A program made the position numbers and the translations under genes. A DNA stretch of 64,000 nt from positions 45,083 through 109,082 of the forward strand of contig CAYFWW010000009.1 in NCBI GenBank assembly GCA_964346985.1. The letters are read 5' to 3'. The number at the start of each line of letters is the position of its first letter. Positions within the stretch are counted from its first letter, which is position 1. The notes beneath the pieces were generated by a model, which worked only from the letters and a program-made list of their open reading frames with translations, was not told the DNA's origin and ran no database searches. This DNA comes from an uncultured Actinomycetota bacterium (GTDB taxonomy: Bacteria > Actinomycetota > Aquicultoria > CAYFWW01). Shown here piece after piece: positions 1 through 10,600 of this stretch.

Positions 1-1
1 G

Positions 2-280
2 GATGGTATATTTATAATTGTAATAACAATCAATACCCAAAATGGACAATTAGTATCCGGTCCAGATATAATTTCAAGAGGATTTGTCTATATTAGAAAA
101 TCAGCTGAATTGATTGATGCGGCTAAAGAAAGAGTGGTAAAAGTACTGGAAAAGACAGCAAAAGAGGAGATTACAGACTGGTCAGTTTTAAAAGCCGATG
201 TTAAAGATACGGTAAGTGACTTTCTTTATAAGAAAACAAAACGTCGTCCAATGATTTTAACAATAATAATTGAAATATAA
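2..280 (+). CDS. rnj: Ribonuclease J, C-terminal fragment (5' truncated by window)
   Basis: Frame 2 reads DGIFIIV...SGPDIISRGFVY...KKTKRRPMILTIIIEI*, the typical RNase J C-terminus; not in ORF track. Confidence 0.9.
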   Translation, partial: DGIFIIVITINTQNGQLVSGPDIISRGFVYIRKSAELIDAAKERVVKVLEKTAKEEITDWSVLKADVKDTVSDFLYKKTKRRPMILTIIIEI

Positions 281-301
281 TATTCAAAATTAGACCTGGT
301 A

Positions 302-1111
302 ATGATTATTAAAATAATAGTATTAGGAATAATTCAAGGGTTAACGGAATTCCTACCTGTTTCAAGTTCTGGGCATCTGGTTTTAGCTCAGCATTTCATA
401 GGAGTAAAAGAACCGGGTATTTTTCTAGAATCAGCTCTCCATATAGGTACCTTGGTTGCCGTAATAATTTATTTTTTTCAGGATATTAAAAAAATAATTC
501 GCAGAAGCTTTTCTTTGAATAGACAAAGAAATTTGAATATTTCAGAAATTCATTGGTCTTATATTTTAATTTCAACTCTTATGACTATTCTAATAGCTTT
601 TATTTTGGGAAATTTAATGATAATAGCTTATGATTATGTTCTTTTGGTAATATTATTACTTATCATTAATGGTTTAGTTTTAATTTTAGCTGAAAAAATA
701 GCTAAAACGAAAAGGATTGGTAAGAAAGTTGAAAAAGATAGCGCTGCATTAATCGGGATTGCTCAGGCTATCAGTATTCTTCCGGGTATTTCAAGGTCAG
801 GTGCGACTATTAGCACAGGTCTATTTTTAGGGGTTAAAGGAACAAAGGCTGCCCGATTTTCTTTTATTATTTCAATTCCCGCAATTATACTTGGCAATAT
901 ATATGTCCTTGTCAAGGAAGGTTCAAATTATCACTATCCTTGGAGTTACTATATCATTGGAATAGTTGTTTCTGCTGTTGTAGGGGTAATAGCTATTTCA
1001 ATAGTTATGACCGTGATTAAAATAAGACGTTTTTTCTGGTTTGGGATATACTGTTTTTTGATTGGTAGTTTATCTATAGTACTTTATTTTTGGGGTGTTG
1101 TTTTTGGCTAG
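302..1111 (+). CDS. uppP: Undecaprenyl-diphosphate phosphatase
   Basis: QGLTEFLPVSSSGHL and PGISRSGAT motifs; multi-TM. Confidence 0.95.
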   Translation: MIIKIIVLGIIQGLTEFLPVSSSGHLVLAQHFIGVKEPGIFLESALHIGTLVAVIIYFFQDIKKIIRRSFSLNRQRNLNISEIHWSYILISTLMTILIAFILGNLMIIAYDYVLLVILLLIINGLVLILAEKIAKTKRIGKKVEKDSAALIGIAQAISILPGISRSGATISTGLFLGVKGTKAARFSFIISIPAIILGNIYVLVKEGSNYHYPWSYYIIGIVVSAVVGVIAISIVMTVIKIRRFFWFGIYCFLIGSLSIVLYFWGVVFG

Positions 1112-3335
1112 AAAAAAGAAAAATTATAAGAAAAAAATTATGCCAAAGAATAAAAATAATTTCGATGAAGTTTATGGAATAGCATTAATAGCTGGGGCAC
1201 TGATATTCATGATCTTTCTTTTTACAAATATAACTGGTGTGCTCGGGGAATGGCTAATAATAATTTCTCGTTATATTGTTGGTTTTGGTGTTTATGTTAT
1301 CCCTCTGGTTTTAATATTATGGGGACTTGCTTTTCTATTCCATAGACCAGAAAAAAATTTAGAGATAGCCGGTATAGGCTACTTAATTGCCTTTATTAGT
1401 TTTATTTCTATAATCCACCTTTTATATTTGGGGAAGATCACCGATAATTCTTTTTCAAATTATGGAATTTTAAATAACGGTGGCTATATAGGAGCAGTAA
1501 TTGCCTTCGGGTTTAGAACTTTGATAGGCCAGTTGAGCTCGTATATTCTTTTCACTGCTACTTTTTTGATTGGGTTGATTTTTGCCACCAATATTTCAGT
1601 TTCAGAATACTTAATTAAAGCAAAAGACACAATAAAAGAGAGATTTACAGTATTCAGACAGAATAGAAGCAGAATAAGTAAAGATAGCCGTGGAGAAAGA
1701 AAAAAGAAATTAAAAGAAGTAAAGGATGAGGATATAACAGCGACTATTGAAAAAGGAAAGATGGATGTTGGAGCCGAAGACAATGAAATAGGTATTCCCG
1801 AGTTTGCGGTTGAAGAAACCCATGAGATTGAATCTGATCAAATTAAAATAAAAGTACCTGATGAAATTAAGAAATCAAAAAAATATGTTTTACCGGCATT
1901 AAACCTGCTAAGAAAAACCGGTAGTAAAAACAAGCTTAAAAGAGGAACCAAGGAGAGCATTGAAATTCTGGAATCCACACTTCATGAATTCGATGTAAGG
2001 GCAAAAGTTACAAAAGTCGTAAGCGGTCCCACCGTTACCAGGTATGAACTTCAATTAGAATCCGGCATTAAAGTAAACCGTGTCTTAAGTTTAGCTGATG
2101 ATATTTCCCTTGCCTTGGCTTCTCCTGATATCAGGATAATTGCTCCTATCCCGGGAAAATCAGCAATTGGAATCGAAGTGCCTAATATTCAAAGGGAACT
2201 TGTAATGCTGGGTGATATTCTTAGTTCCAAGGAGTATAAAAGCAAAAGAGGCGTATTAAACGTAGGTCTGGGTAAAGATATTGGCGGCAATCCAGTCATT
2301 CCTGACTTGGGCCAAATGCCACATATGCTAATTGCGGGAGCAACAGGTTCAGGAAAAAGTATTTGCATCAACTCAATTCTAGTATCATTATTGATGCAAG
2401 CAACCCCGGATGAAGTTCGCTTGATTTTAATAGATCCGAAAAGAATTGAATTGAATTTATATAATGAATTACCACATCTTCTGGTACCCGTGGTCACAAA
2501 CACAAAACAGGCAGCCTCTGCTCTTAACTGGGCTGTTGAAGAGATGGAAGCAAGATTTGAAGCACTGTCAGAGATGAAAGTGAGAAATATCGATGCATAC
2601 AATAATCAAATCAATAATGTTGAAAGCCAATCAGATGACGAGCGTAAAAAAATGTCCTACATCATTATTGTTATTGATGAACTTGCAGATTTGATGATGG
2701 TTGCTGCCAATGAGGTTGAGCAAGCGATATGCCGGGTGGCTCAAATGGCTAGGGCAGTTGGTATTCATTTGGTAGTAGCTACCCAAAGACCGTCAGCGGA
2801 TGTAATTACCGGCTTGATTAAATCAAATATTACTAGCCGAGTAGCTTTTGCAGTATCATCACAGATGGATTCTAGGGTAATCTTGGATACTGGTGGGGCA
2901 GAAAAGCTTGTCGGTAAAGGTGATCTTCTTTTTATCGATGCAGGTTCAATTAAACCTATAAGAATACAGGGATCTTTTATTACCGAGCATGAAATTGAAC
3001 TGGTGGTCAGCTTTATCAAAGATCAAATGAAACCTGAGTATCAGGAAGATATTATAAAGCCAAAGGATTCACAATTTGGCCTTTTAGATTACGAAGAACC
3101 TTTGATTGATGATGCTATCAAGCTTGTAGTCACAACCAATCAAGCTTCAATTTCTATGATCCAAAGAAGATTGAGAGTCGGATATACCCGTGCTGCTAGG
3201 ATGATTGACATAATGGAAGAAAGGGGCATAGTTGGTCCATATGAAGGAAGCAAACCCCGAGAAGTCTTGCTTAAAATTGAAGACTTGCAAGATATTGATG
3301 AGCAACAGAATAATGACAATTTTGATAGAATATAA
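1104..3335 (+). CDS. ftsK: DNA translocase FtsK/SpoIIIE
   Basis: N-terminal TM domain, GATGSGKS Walker A, IDELADLM, C-terminal gamma domain (QRRLRVGYTRAAR); start TTG 1104 or GTG 1095. Confidence 0.95.
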   Translation: MARKKKNYKKKIMPKNKNNFDEVYGIALIAGALIFMIFLFTNITGVLGEWLIIISRYIVGFGVYVIPLVLILWGLAFLFHRPEKNLEIAGIGYLIAFISFISIIHLLYLGKITDNSFSNYGILNNGGYIGAVIAFGFRTLIGQLSSYILFTATFLIGLIFATNISVSEYLIKAKDTIKERFTVFRQNRSRISKDSRGERKKKLKEVKDEDITATIEKGKMDVGAEDNEIGIPEFAVEETHEIESDQIKIKVPDEIKKSKKYVLPALNLLRKTGSKNKLKRGTKESIEILESTLHEFDVRAKVTKVVSGPTVTRYELQLESGIKVNRVLSLADDISLALASPDIRIIAPIPGKSAIGIEVPNIQRELVMLGDILSSKEYKSKRGVLNVGLGKDIGGNPVIPDLGQMPHMLIAGATGSGKSICINSILVSLLMQATPDEVRLILIDPKRIELNLYNELPHLLVPVVTNTKQAASALNWAVEEMEARFEALSEMKVRNIDAYNNQINNVESQSDDERKKMSYIIIVIDELADLMMVAANEVEQAICRVAQMARAVGIHLVVATQRPSADVITGLIKSNITSRVAFAVSSQMDSRVILDTGGAEKLVGKGDLLFIDAGSIKPIRIQGSFITEHEIELVVSFIKDQMKPEYQEDIIKPKDSQFGLLDYEEPLIDDAIKLVVTTNQASISMIQRRLRVGYTRAARMIDIMEERGIVGPYEGSKPREVLLKIEDLQDIDEQQNNDNFDRI

Positions 3336-3341
3336 GGTTAA

Positions 3342-4409
3342 ATGATTAATAGAATACTGAAACCGGAAGAAATAAATAGTGAAAAGTATATATTAATTGA
3401 TGTGCGTTCTTCTAGTGAGTATGAAAAAGCTAAAATACCTGGAGCTTTGAATTTGCCTATTCTTGAAGATAAAGAAAAGCAAAAGGTAGGGCAGTCATAC
3501 TGGAAAAAGGGGCTCGAAGATGCAATAAAAGTTGGAGAGAATATTTGTCAACCAAAATTGAAAAGATATGTTCAGCAAGTAAAAAAAATGTTAAAAAACA
3601 AGGAGGGAGTAGTCTATTGCTTCAGAGGAGGCTTAAGGAGTAAATTAGTTGTTAAATTATTAGTTCAAATGGATATTCCGGTATATCAACTAGGGGGAGG
3701 CTATAAAGCTTATCGCCGAATGGTGTACGATTATTTAAGAGATTTTATTTTTAATAAAAATGTCTTTGTACTATATGGTTATACAGGAAATGGCAAGACA
3801 GATTTATTAAAATATTGTGACCAGAAAGGCTTGCCGGTAATTGATATCGAAAGTTTTGCTAACCATCGTGGAAGTATTTTTGGTGATTTAGGATTGAATG
3901 GCCAACCTAGCCAAAAGGATTTCGAATCCTTATTGTTTAATGGGCTAAAAAAACTGGAATCAGCTCCCTTTTTAATAATTGAAGGAGAGAGCCGAAAAAT
4001 AGGACAATGCCACTTACCAAATTCGGTAGCTGAGCTTATAAAAGGAGCAATCCCCGTTTTGATCAACTCTTCAATAAAGGAACGTATTAAACGAATAAAT
4101 GATCTTTATTCACAGAAATACTCAATTATTGAAATAAATAAAAAGATAAACTCTCTAAAACCATATTTAGGAAATAAGAAGTCATTAAAACTAAAAGAAT
4201 TTATAAATTCTGGAAGGACAAATGAATTTATAGAAATGCTACTTTTAGATTATTATGATCCATTATATTATCGTTCATCAATAAAAAATAGGGATTTTAG
4301 AATTGAGATTGATATCAATCTTGGTTTGGGTGCTGCGTATACAAAGATGGCCAATTTAATAAAACTTTATTGTCCACAAGAACAGATAATTTTCAATCAA
4401 GCATGTTAA
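3342..4409 (+). CDS. mnmH: tRNA 2-selenouridine(34) synthase
   Basis: Rhodanese domain (DVRS..EY, YCFRGGLRS, GGYKAYR) plus P-loop GYTGNGKT, NHRGSIFG, EGESRKIG, YYDPLY. Confidence 0.9.
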   Translation: MINRILKPEEINSEKYILIDVRSSSEYEKAKIPGALNLPILEDKEKQKVGQSYWKKGLEDAIKVGENICQPKLKRYVQQVKKMLKNKEGVVYCFRGGLRSKLVVKLLVQMDIPVYQLGGGYKAYRRMVYDYLRDFIFNKNVFVLYGYTGNGKTDLLKYCDQKGLPVIDIESFANHRGSIFGDLGLNGQPSQKDFESLLFNGLKKLESAPFLIIEGESRKIGQCHLPNSVAELIKGAIPVLINSSIKERIKRINDLYSQKYSIIEINKKINSLKPYLGNKKSLKLKEFINSGRTNEFIEMLLLDYYDPLYYRSSIKNRDFRIEIDINLGLGAAYTKMANLIKLYCPQEQIIFNQAC

Positions 4410-4418
4410 GGAGTTAAT

Positions 4419-5195
4419 ATGCCAACTATTGGTGAGATATTATCTGAAGCCCGAAGGGCAAGAAAAAAGACAATAAAAGAAGTCGAGAGTATAACCAACA
4501 TTAGAAGCCGCTATATCAGTGCTTTAGAGGCAAATAAATTTGATATTATCCCTGGTCATATTTATGTAAAAGGTTTTATCAGAACTTATGCTGAATATCT
4601 TGGAATTGATTATACTCCATTGATTGAAACATATAAAAAAGAGTATGAGGAAGTTTATGAGAACAAACAGATGAACAGTGGGAAGACAACTCTTTATCAT
4701 GAAAAAGCTAAGTATGGACGGTTTTTTATTGCAATTATAGCTATAATTGTTGTTATAATTATAGTTTTTTTATGGTGGAATTATAGCCGCAGGTCTTCTG
4801 TTGATGAAAACGAACCAAAAATTATTACTGAGACCAAGAAAGAAACAGAAATAAAAAAAGAAGAACCATCAAAGGAAATTCAAGAAGATTTTAAAACAAA
4901 GGAAGATACTGAGAGTGCAAATAAAGGTAAAAGTACTGGGCCGATTACAATTGAAGCTGAAGTAGTGAATCAAAGAACATATCTTGAGGTTACTGTTGAC
5001 GATACTCTGGTCTATGCTGATGTACTTGAGAGTGGTCAGAGTGAAGAGTGGCAGGGTATAGATGAAATTAAAATTAGAGCAGCTCATGCTGATGCGGTAA
5101 AAGTCTATAAAAATGGTGAAGACCTTGGTTTTATGGGTCAAAGTGGCGGAGTAATTGAAAGAGTATTTAAAGTTGACGACAGTGGAGTAGATTAA
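4419..5195 (+). CDS. rodZ: RodZ-like protein (HTH, TM, DUF4115)
   Basis: N-terminal HTH with YVKGFIRTYAEYLG, single TM, C-terminal beta domain; conserved position before rimO/pgsA. Confidence 0.85.
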   Translation: MPTIGEILSEARRARKKTIKEVESITNIRSRYISALEANKFDIIPGHIYVKGFIRTYAEYLGIDYTPLIETYKKEYEEVYENKQMNSGKTTLYHEKAKYGRFFIAIIAIIVVIIIVFLWWNYSRRSSVDENEPKIITETKKETEIKKEEPSKEIQEDFKTKEDTESANKGKSTGPITIEAEVVNQRTYLEVTVDDTLVYADVLESGQSEEWQGIDEIKIRAAHADAVKVYKNGEDLGFMGQSGGVIERVFKVDDSGVD

Positions 5196-5197
5196 AG

Positions 5198-5695
5198 ATG
5201 GCCAAGGAAAATTCATTTGATGTCATTTCTGAAGTGAATTTTCAGGAAATAGACAATTCAGTTAATAATTCGATTAAAGAAATTAGAAATAGATATGACT
5301 TAAAGAACACGGGAAGTATAATTGAATTTGATAGGAAGAACCTCCATATAAATTTGACTGCTCCCGACGAATATACGCTTAAAAGTATTTTGCAGGTTTT
5401 AGAAAGTAAAGTTATTCAAAGAGGCATATCTCCCAAAGCTTTAAAAAAAGGTAAGATTGAAGAAGCCTTTGGTGGCAAGGTTAGATTAATTATTGAAGTA
5501 ATCAATGGTATACCGGATGATATACTAAAGGCGATTGTTAAAAAAGTTAAGACATCAAGGCTCAGAGTTACTCCAAAAATTGAAGGGGAAAAAATAAGAA
5601 TATTTAGCAAAAAAAAAGATACTCTTCAAGAAACAATATCTTTTATCAAGGATTTGAAACTGGACATACCAATCCAGTTTACTAACTACCGGTAG
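5198..5695 (+). CDS. yajQ: YajQ family nucleotide/c-di-GMP-binding protein
   Basis: SFDVISEV..QEIDN, RYDLK, C-terminal PIQFTNYR. Confidence 0.9.
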   Translation: MAKENSFDVISEVNFQEIDNSVNNSIKEIRNRYDLKNTGSIIEFDRKNLHINLTAPDEYTLKSILQVLESKVIQRGISPKALKKGKIEEAFGGKVRLIIEVINGIPDDILKAIVKKVKTSRLRVTPKIEGEKIRIFSKKKDTLQETISFIKDLKLDIPIQFTNYR

Positions 5696-5705
5696 GTTTT
5701 ATATT

Positions 5706-7016
5706 TTGAAGAAGGCAACCATAATTAGCCTCGGCTGCCCCAAAAATAGAGTTGATAGTGACTATCTCGAAGGCGGTCTTAAAGAATTAGGTTTCGATAT
5801 TACCATTGATTACCTTCAGTCAGATCTAATTATAATAAATACCTGCGGTTTTATTAAACCTGCTAAAGTAGAATCAATTGACACTATATTCAATTATCTG
5901 GAATTCAGAAAGAAAGATAAACCTCTCTTTATTGTTATCGGATGCCTTGTAGAGAGATATAAGAATGAATTAGAAAAAGAAATTCCGGAGGTTGATTATT
6001 TTTTTGGTTTAAATAAATGGGACGAGATAAAAAAAGAAATAGTTGAATATTTTGGCATAGATAAAAGAGTTTCAAAAAAAGCTTCACTCATGAGGTTAAA
6101 TAGCAAACAGCCATATGCCTATATAAAAGTAAGTGAAGGATGCTCTAACTATTGTTCTTACTGTACCATACCAGAAATCAGGGGATCCTTTAAGAGTAGA
6201 GCCATGGAAGAAATTATCCAGGAAGCCAAAGATCTAATTGATTCGGGAGTAAAAGAAATAATACTTATAGGCCAGGATAATTCCTCATATGGAATTGATA
6301 TTTATCATCGTAGAAGTTTGATTGAGTTGGTCGAAAAAATATCAGATTTAAGTAAAGATTTTTGGTTAAGAATAATGTATCTGCATCCCGAAAATTTTGA
6401 CCCAAACTTGATAAATTTAATGAAGAACAAAAAAAATATCTGTCAATATTTTGAACTCCCGGTACAGCATTTCTCAGGAAAAATATTAAAAAAAATGTAC
6501 AGGAATTATCGATCAGAAGATATATTAAAAATATTTTCCAGAATAAGAAAAAACTTACCGCATTCAGTGATAAGAAGTACTGTAATTGTTGGATTTCCGG
6601 GAGAAGAAGAGGAAGATTTCAATTATCTAGTTGATTTAGTCAAAAGAGCTGAAATAGATTATCTGGGTATTTTTATTTATTCCAGAGAGGTAGGAACACC
6701 TGCTTATGAATTTCCAGGTCAAATTGATAGTTTCTTAGCCAATGAAAGGTTTCATTTGCTGAGTGAATTGCAGAACGAGATTGTTAACCAGCATATTATG
6801 TCCAAGTTTTTAGGCCGAAAAGAGATGATAGTCGAGCATTTCGACTATAATGAAAAAAAAGCTATAGGGCGGATAAAAGAACAAGCACCGGAGATAGACG
6901 GGCAGTCAGAGATACTTCTGAGCGATAACCACGATTTTAATATTTCAACTGGCGACTTGATAAAAGTGGAGATTGAAAGTTTTAATTGTTATGATTTAAA
7001 AGGAAGAATATTATGA
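5706..7016 (+). CDS. rimO: Ribosomal protein S12 methylthiotransferase
   Basis: SLGCPKNRVDS, NTCGFI, CxxxCxxC (CSNYCSYC), APEIDG. Confidence 0.92.
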   Translation: MKKATIISLGCPKNRVDSDYLEGGLKELGFDITIDYLQSDLIIINTCGFIKPAKVESIDTIFNYLEFRKKDKPLFIVIGCLVERYKNELEKEIPEVDYFFGLNKWDEIKKEIVEYFGIDKRVSKKASLMRLNSKQPYAYIKVSEGCSNYCSYCTIPEIRGSFKSRAMEEIIQEAKDLIDSGVKEIILIGQDNSSYGIDIYHRRSLIELVEKISDLSKDFWLRIMYLHPENFDPNLINLMKNKKNICQYFELPVQHFSGKILKKMYRNYRSEDILKIFSRIRKNLPHSVIRSTVIVGFPGEEEEDFNYLVDLVKRAEIDYLGIFIYSREVGTPAYEFPGQIDSFLANERFHLLSELQNEIVNQHIMSKFLGRKEMIVEHFDYNEKKAIGRIKEQAPEIDGQSEILLSDNHDFNISTGDLIKVEIESFNCYDLKGRIL

Positions 7017-7600
7017 TAAATCTGGCAAACCGTGTTACATTTATTCGTATACTTTTAATCCCTATTTTTATGGCTTTCTTACTTTCCCATCTTCCATATG
7101 GAGATATTATCGCTGTAATAATATTTATCTTGGCTGCTGTTTCTGATGGAGTCGATGGATACCTAGCCAGGCTTTATAAGCAGACCTCGATTCTTGGTAA
7201 AATTCTTGACCCTTTGGCAGATAAGCTACTTATCTCTGCTGCCTTAATAAGCCTGGTCGATATGGGAAGACTCTCTGCTTGGGTAGCAATGGTCATAATA
7301 TCAAGAGAATTTGCTGTAACTGCCATTCGATTAATGGCTTCAACAGAAGGCGAAATTGTTACCGCCAGCTCCTTGGGTAAGACTAAAACAGCATTTCAAA
7401 TTGTGGCTGTTGCTTTATGGATTGTCTATCCTCTGATGGAAAGCAAAGGAAGAACTATCTATTTGACATCTTATTATTTAGCTTTTACAGCTATGGCAGC
7501 AGCTGTTATTCTGACAATAATATCCGGTATTGGTTATTTTCTTTTTGTCAGAAAAATTGTTATCGCCAACAATGAAAAGAAATCGGGACAAGGTAAATAA
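7013..7600 (+). CDS. pgsA: CDP-diacylglycerol--glycerol-3-phosphate 3-phosphatidyltransferase
   Basis: DGVDGYLAR...GKILDPLADK CDP-alcohol motif; rimO-pgsA-cinA-recA synteny. Confidence 0.93.
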   Translation: MINLANRVTFIRILLIPIFMAFLLSHLPYGDIIAVIIFILAAVSDGVDGYLARLYKQTSILGKILDPLADKLLISAALISLVDMGRLSAWVAMVIISREFAVTAIRLMASTEGEIVTASSLGKTKTAFQIVAVALWIVYPLMESKGRTIYLTSYYLAFTAMAAAVILTIISGIGYFLFVRKIVIANNEKKSGQGK

Positions 7601-7601
7601 G

Positions 7602-8819
7602 TTGATAGCTGAAATTATAACTATTGGAACAGAATTAATTACCGGGACTATAGATGATAGTAACTCTTCTTTTTTAGCCCGCCAGTTAGCTCGAATTGGC
7701 ATAGAAGTGATTGCCATTCAATCTGTCGGAGATAGTAAAAAAGATATTGTCAAGGCACTTGAGGTTGCTACTCAAAGGGCAAAGTTTATTATTACAACCG
7801 GAGGACTGGGGCCGACTGATGATGACTTAACAAAAGCTGCTGTTGCTGAATTTTTAAATTTAAGATTAATCTATAATCAGGATTTGGAATCTGATCTAAT
7901 TAAATTTTATGGAGACAAGTTAACCCAGAAACATAAGGACCAGGCTTGCCTGCCTGAAGGTTCAGAATATTTAAAAACTGATTTAGGAAGCGCTCCTGGA
8001 TTTATTTATTCTTCAGATGAATTTACAATAATGTCTTTGCCGGGGGTTCCATATGAACTTGTAAGAATCTTTAAAACTACAGGCATTGCAATGATTAAGG
8101 CTAGGATTGGGTTGGGTAAAAGTATTGAGAGGCTGATGTTTAGGACTTTTGGTCTTTTTGAAACAGAAGTTGAAGAGATGGTCAGGGAGTCTGCAAATGA
8201 ATATGGCCTGTCTTACAGTATATTAGCTGGAGCTTATGGTGTAGACCTCTTTATTGACCGAAAATCAGATGAGAAGTTAAATAAGATGATTATTGAAAGA
8301 ATAAAATTTATTTTCAAGGAAAATCTATATGCATTTGGGGATTCAAGTCTGGCTGAAATAGTGGGAAGGCTTTTAAAAGAGAAAAACCAGACTTTGGCCA
8401 TTGCTGAATCATGTACAGGTGGATTACTCTCTTCAATGATTACTTCCATTCCCGGAAGCTCAGATTATTTTTTGGGGAGCTTAGTTGTTTACCAAAACAA
8501 ACTAAAAAAAGACTTACTTGATATCAGCGATCAAGTGATAAATGTTGAAGGAGCTGTATCTAAAACAACTGCCAGGTTGATGGCTAAAAATGTTAAACAA
8601 AAGACTGGTGCGGATTGGGGTATTTCAATTACTGGAATAGCTGGTCCATCTGGTGGAACAACCCAAAAACCTATTGGACTGGTTTATACGGGAATATCAG
8701 GTAGAAAAGGTGAAATTGTAGAAAAATATAGTTTTTTTGGAGATAGAAGGGTTATCCAGGAGAGGGCAGCATACAATGCTTTAAATAATTTTAGGCTATT
8801 ATTGATAGAGCGGGATTAA
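7602..8819 (+). CDS. cinA: Competence/damage-inducible protein CinA (NMN deamidase domain)
   Basis: GTELITG, GGLGPTDDDLT, AESCTGG, SITGIAGPSGG; TTG start just after pgsA stop. Confidence 0.92.
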   Translation: MIAEIITIGTELITGTIDDSNSSFLARQLARIGIEVIAIQSVGDSKKDIVKALEVATQRAKFIITTGGLGPTDDDLTKAAVAEFLNLRLIYNQDLESDLIKFYGDKLTQKHKDQACLPEGSEYLKTDLGSAPGFIYSSDEFTIMSLPGVPYELVRIFKTTGIAMIKARIGLGKSIERLMFRTFGLFETEVEEMVRESANEYGLSYSILAGAYGVDLFIDRKSDEKLNKMIIERIKFIFKENLYAFGDSSLAEIVGRLLKEKNQTLAIAESCTGGLLSSMITSIPGSSDYFLGSLVVYQNKLKKDLLDISDQVINVEGAVSKTTARLMAKNVKQKTGADWGISITGIAGPSGGTTQKPIGLVYTGISGRKGEIVEKYSFFGDRRVIQERAAYNALNNFRLLLIERD

Positions 8820-8820
8820 A

Positions 8821-9372
8821 ATGAATTTAAGATTATTCATCGGAGTAAAAGTAGATCATAAAGCGGCGCAGCTTATAGATTCAATGTGCCATGATATTCC
8901 TTTAAAATTGAAATGGGTTCCTAAGGAAAACTATCACATTACCTTAAAGTTTCTCGGCAATCAACCGGAGACAATTGTTGTCAATATAAAAAAAGCTCTT
9001 GAAAAGGCAGTCGAGAATGAGGAAATTTTTAGCTATAAATTAGAAAAACTTGGAGTCTTCCCCTCAAAATCCAGGCCGAGAGTATTTTGGGTAGGTGTGG
9101 GAAATGGCGCAAATGAACTGATAAGGGTACAGGAGAAAATTGATATTGAACTAACAAAAATTGGTTTTGAGAGAGAGAAAAGAAGCTTCCATCCTCATCT
9201 AACAATAGCCAGGATAAAAAAGCCAATTTCATTAGATGAATTTTTAGAATCTGGAAAAGAGATTGAATGGTCTGGAATTGATAATTTAGTTGAGTCTGTT
9301 ATATTATATGAATCTGCTCTTTCTCCGCAGGGAGCGAAATATTTTATAAAGGAAGAAATAAAAATAGAATAA
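8821..9372 (+). CDS. thpR: RNA 2',3'-cyclic phosphodiesterase (2H family)
   Basis: Two HxT motifs (HITLKFLG, PHLTIAR). Confidence 0.9.
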   Translation: MNLRLFIGVKVDHKAAQLIDSMCHDIPLKLKWVPKENYHITLKFLGNQPETIVVNIKKALEKAVENEEIFSYKLEKLGVFPSKSRPRVFWVGVGNGANELIRVQEKIDIELTKIGFEREKRSFHPHLTIARIKKPISLDEFLESGKEIEWSGIDNLVESVILYESALSPQGAKYFIKEEIKIE

Positions 9373-9389
9373 ATAATTTTAAAAAACTA

Positions 9390-9418
9390 TTGACACGAAC
9401 ATTTGTTCGTGTTAATTT
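9390..9418 (+). promoter_or_regulatory. recA promoter with overlapping LexA (SOS) box
   Basis: TTGACA(9390)-17 nt-TAATTT(9413) with extended TG; CGAAC-ATTT-GTTCG at 9396-9409 in the spacer. Confidence 0.9.
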
Positions 9419-9511
9419 ATTCAAGGATTTTTAATATTTTTTAAATATTATTTACATAAACGGTGATTTAAATTATTTTAAAATAAATATTACTAAATGG
9501 GGGCACTTAAC

Positions 9512-10579
9512 ATGGAAAAAGAAAAAGTTTTAGGATTAGCTACAGAACAGATTGAAAAAAAGTATGGAAAAGGCTCAATCATGAGATTGGGCGACCAAGC
9601 AAAAAAAATGAATATCGAAGTAATATCTACAGGAGCATTAGCTTTGGATATTGCCCTTGGGATTGGAGGTGTCCCCAGGGGTAGGGTAGTTGAAATATAC
9701 GGCCCAGAGGCTTCCGGTAAAACAACTTTATCCCTACAGATAATCGCTGAAGCACAAAAAAACAATGGTATAGCTGCATTTATAGATGCAGAACATGCGC
9801 TGGATCCTGTTTATTCAAAAAGAATTGGTGTGGATATTGAAAATCTTTTAATTTCGCAACCTGATACCGGAGAACAAGCTTTAGAAATTGCAGAGATGCT
9901 GGTAAGAAGTGGAGCCATTGATGTAGTAGTGATTGATTCGGTAGCAGCCTTGGTTCCTAGAGCTGAAATAGAAGGCGAGATGGGTGATTCATTCGTTGGA
10001 TTACAGGCCAGATTAATGTCTCAAGCACTACGTAAACTTTCGGGAGCAATAAGTAAATCTCGAACAACCTGTATATTCATAAACCAACTAAGAGAAAAAA
10101 TTGGAATTATGTTTGGAAATCCAGAGGTTACGCCAGGTGGAAGGGCTCTAAAGTTCTATTCTTCAGTTAGAATTGATATAAGAAGAATAGAATCTCTTAA
10201 ACAAGGAGTAAAAATCATTGGAAATAGAGTAAGAGCCAGAGTTGTTAAGAATAAGATTGCTCCTCCATTCAGGCAGGCGGAATTTGATATTATGTATGGC
10301 CAAGGCATATCAAAAGAAGGAAATATTGTTGATGTTGGAGTGGAGGAAAAGATAATTTTAAAGAGTGGAGCTTGGTATACATATAATGAGGAAAGACTAG
10401 GTCAAGGTAGAGAAAATGCCAAACAGTTTTTAATTGATAATCCCGAGATAAGTAAGCAGATTGAAAAAAAGCTAAAGATAGCTACCGGCCTTACAAAAGA
10501 GGGCTCAACAGAAAAAGAGAAAAAACTTAAGGAAAAGGTTAATCCACAAGAGAAGAAAGAAACTTCTTCTAAAAAATAG
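9512..10579 (+). CDS. recA: Recombinase RecA
   Basis: [27 protein letters not shown]. Confidence 0.98.
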   Translation: MEKEKVLGLATEQIEKKYGKGSIMRLGDQAKKMNIEVISTGALALDIALGIGGVPRGRVVEIYGPEASGKTTLSLQIIAEAQKNNGIAAFIDAEHALDPVYSKRIGVDIENLLISQPDTGEQALEIAEMLVRSGAIDVVVIDSVAALVPRAEIEGEMGDSFVGLQARLMSQALRKLSGAISKSRTTCIFINQLREKIGIMFGNPEVTPGGRALKFYSSVRIDIRRIESLKQGVKIIGNRVRARVVKNKIAPPFRQAEFDIMYGQGISKEGNIVDVGVEEKIILKSGAWYTYNEERLGQGRENAKQFLIDNPEISKQIEKKLKIATGLTKEGSTEKEKKLKEKVNPQEKKETSSKK

Positions 10580-10600
10580 ATCTCTTCCAAGCTTACTTTA

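Noticed and set aside
7530..7601. Track N-terminal extension of cinA (similarly 16323, 51225, 55462, 54782)
   Set aside because: These extensions overlap upstream genes or lack an SD; downstream starts fit SDs and family N-termini
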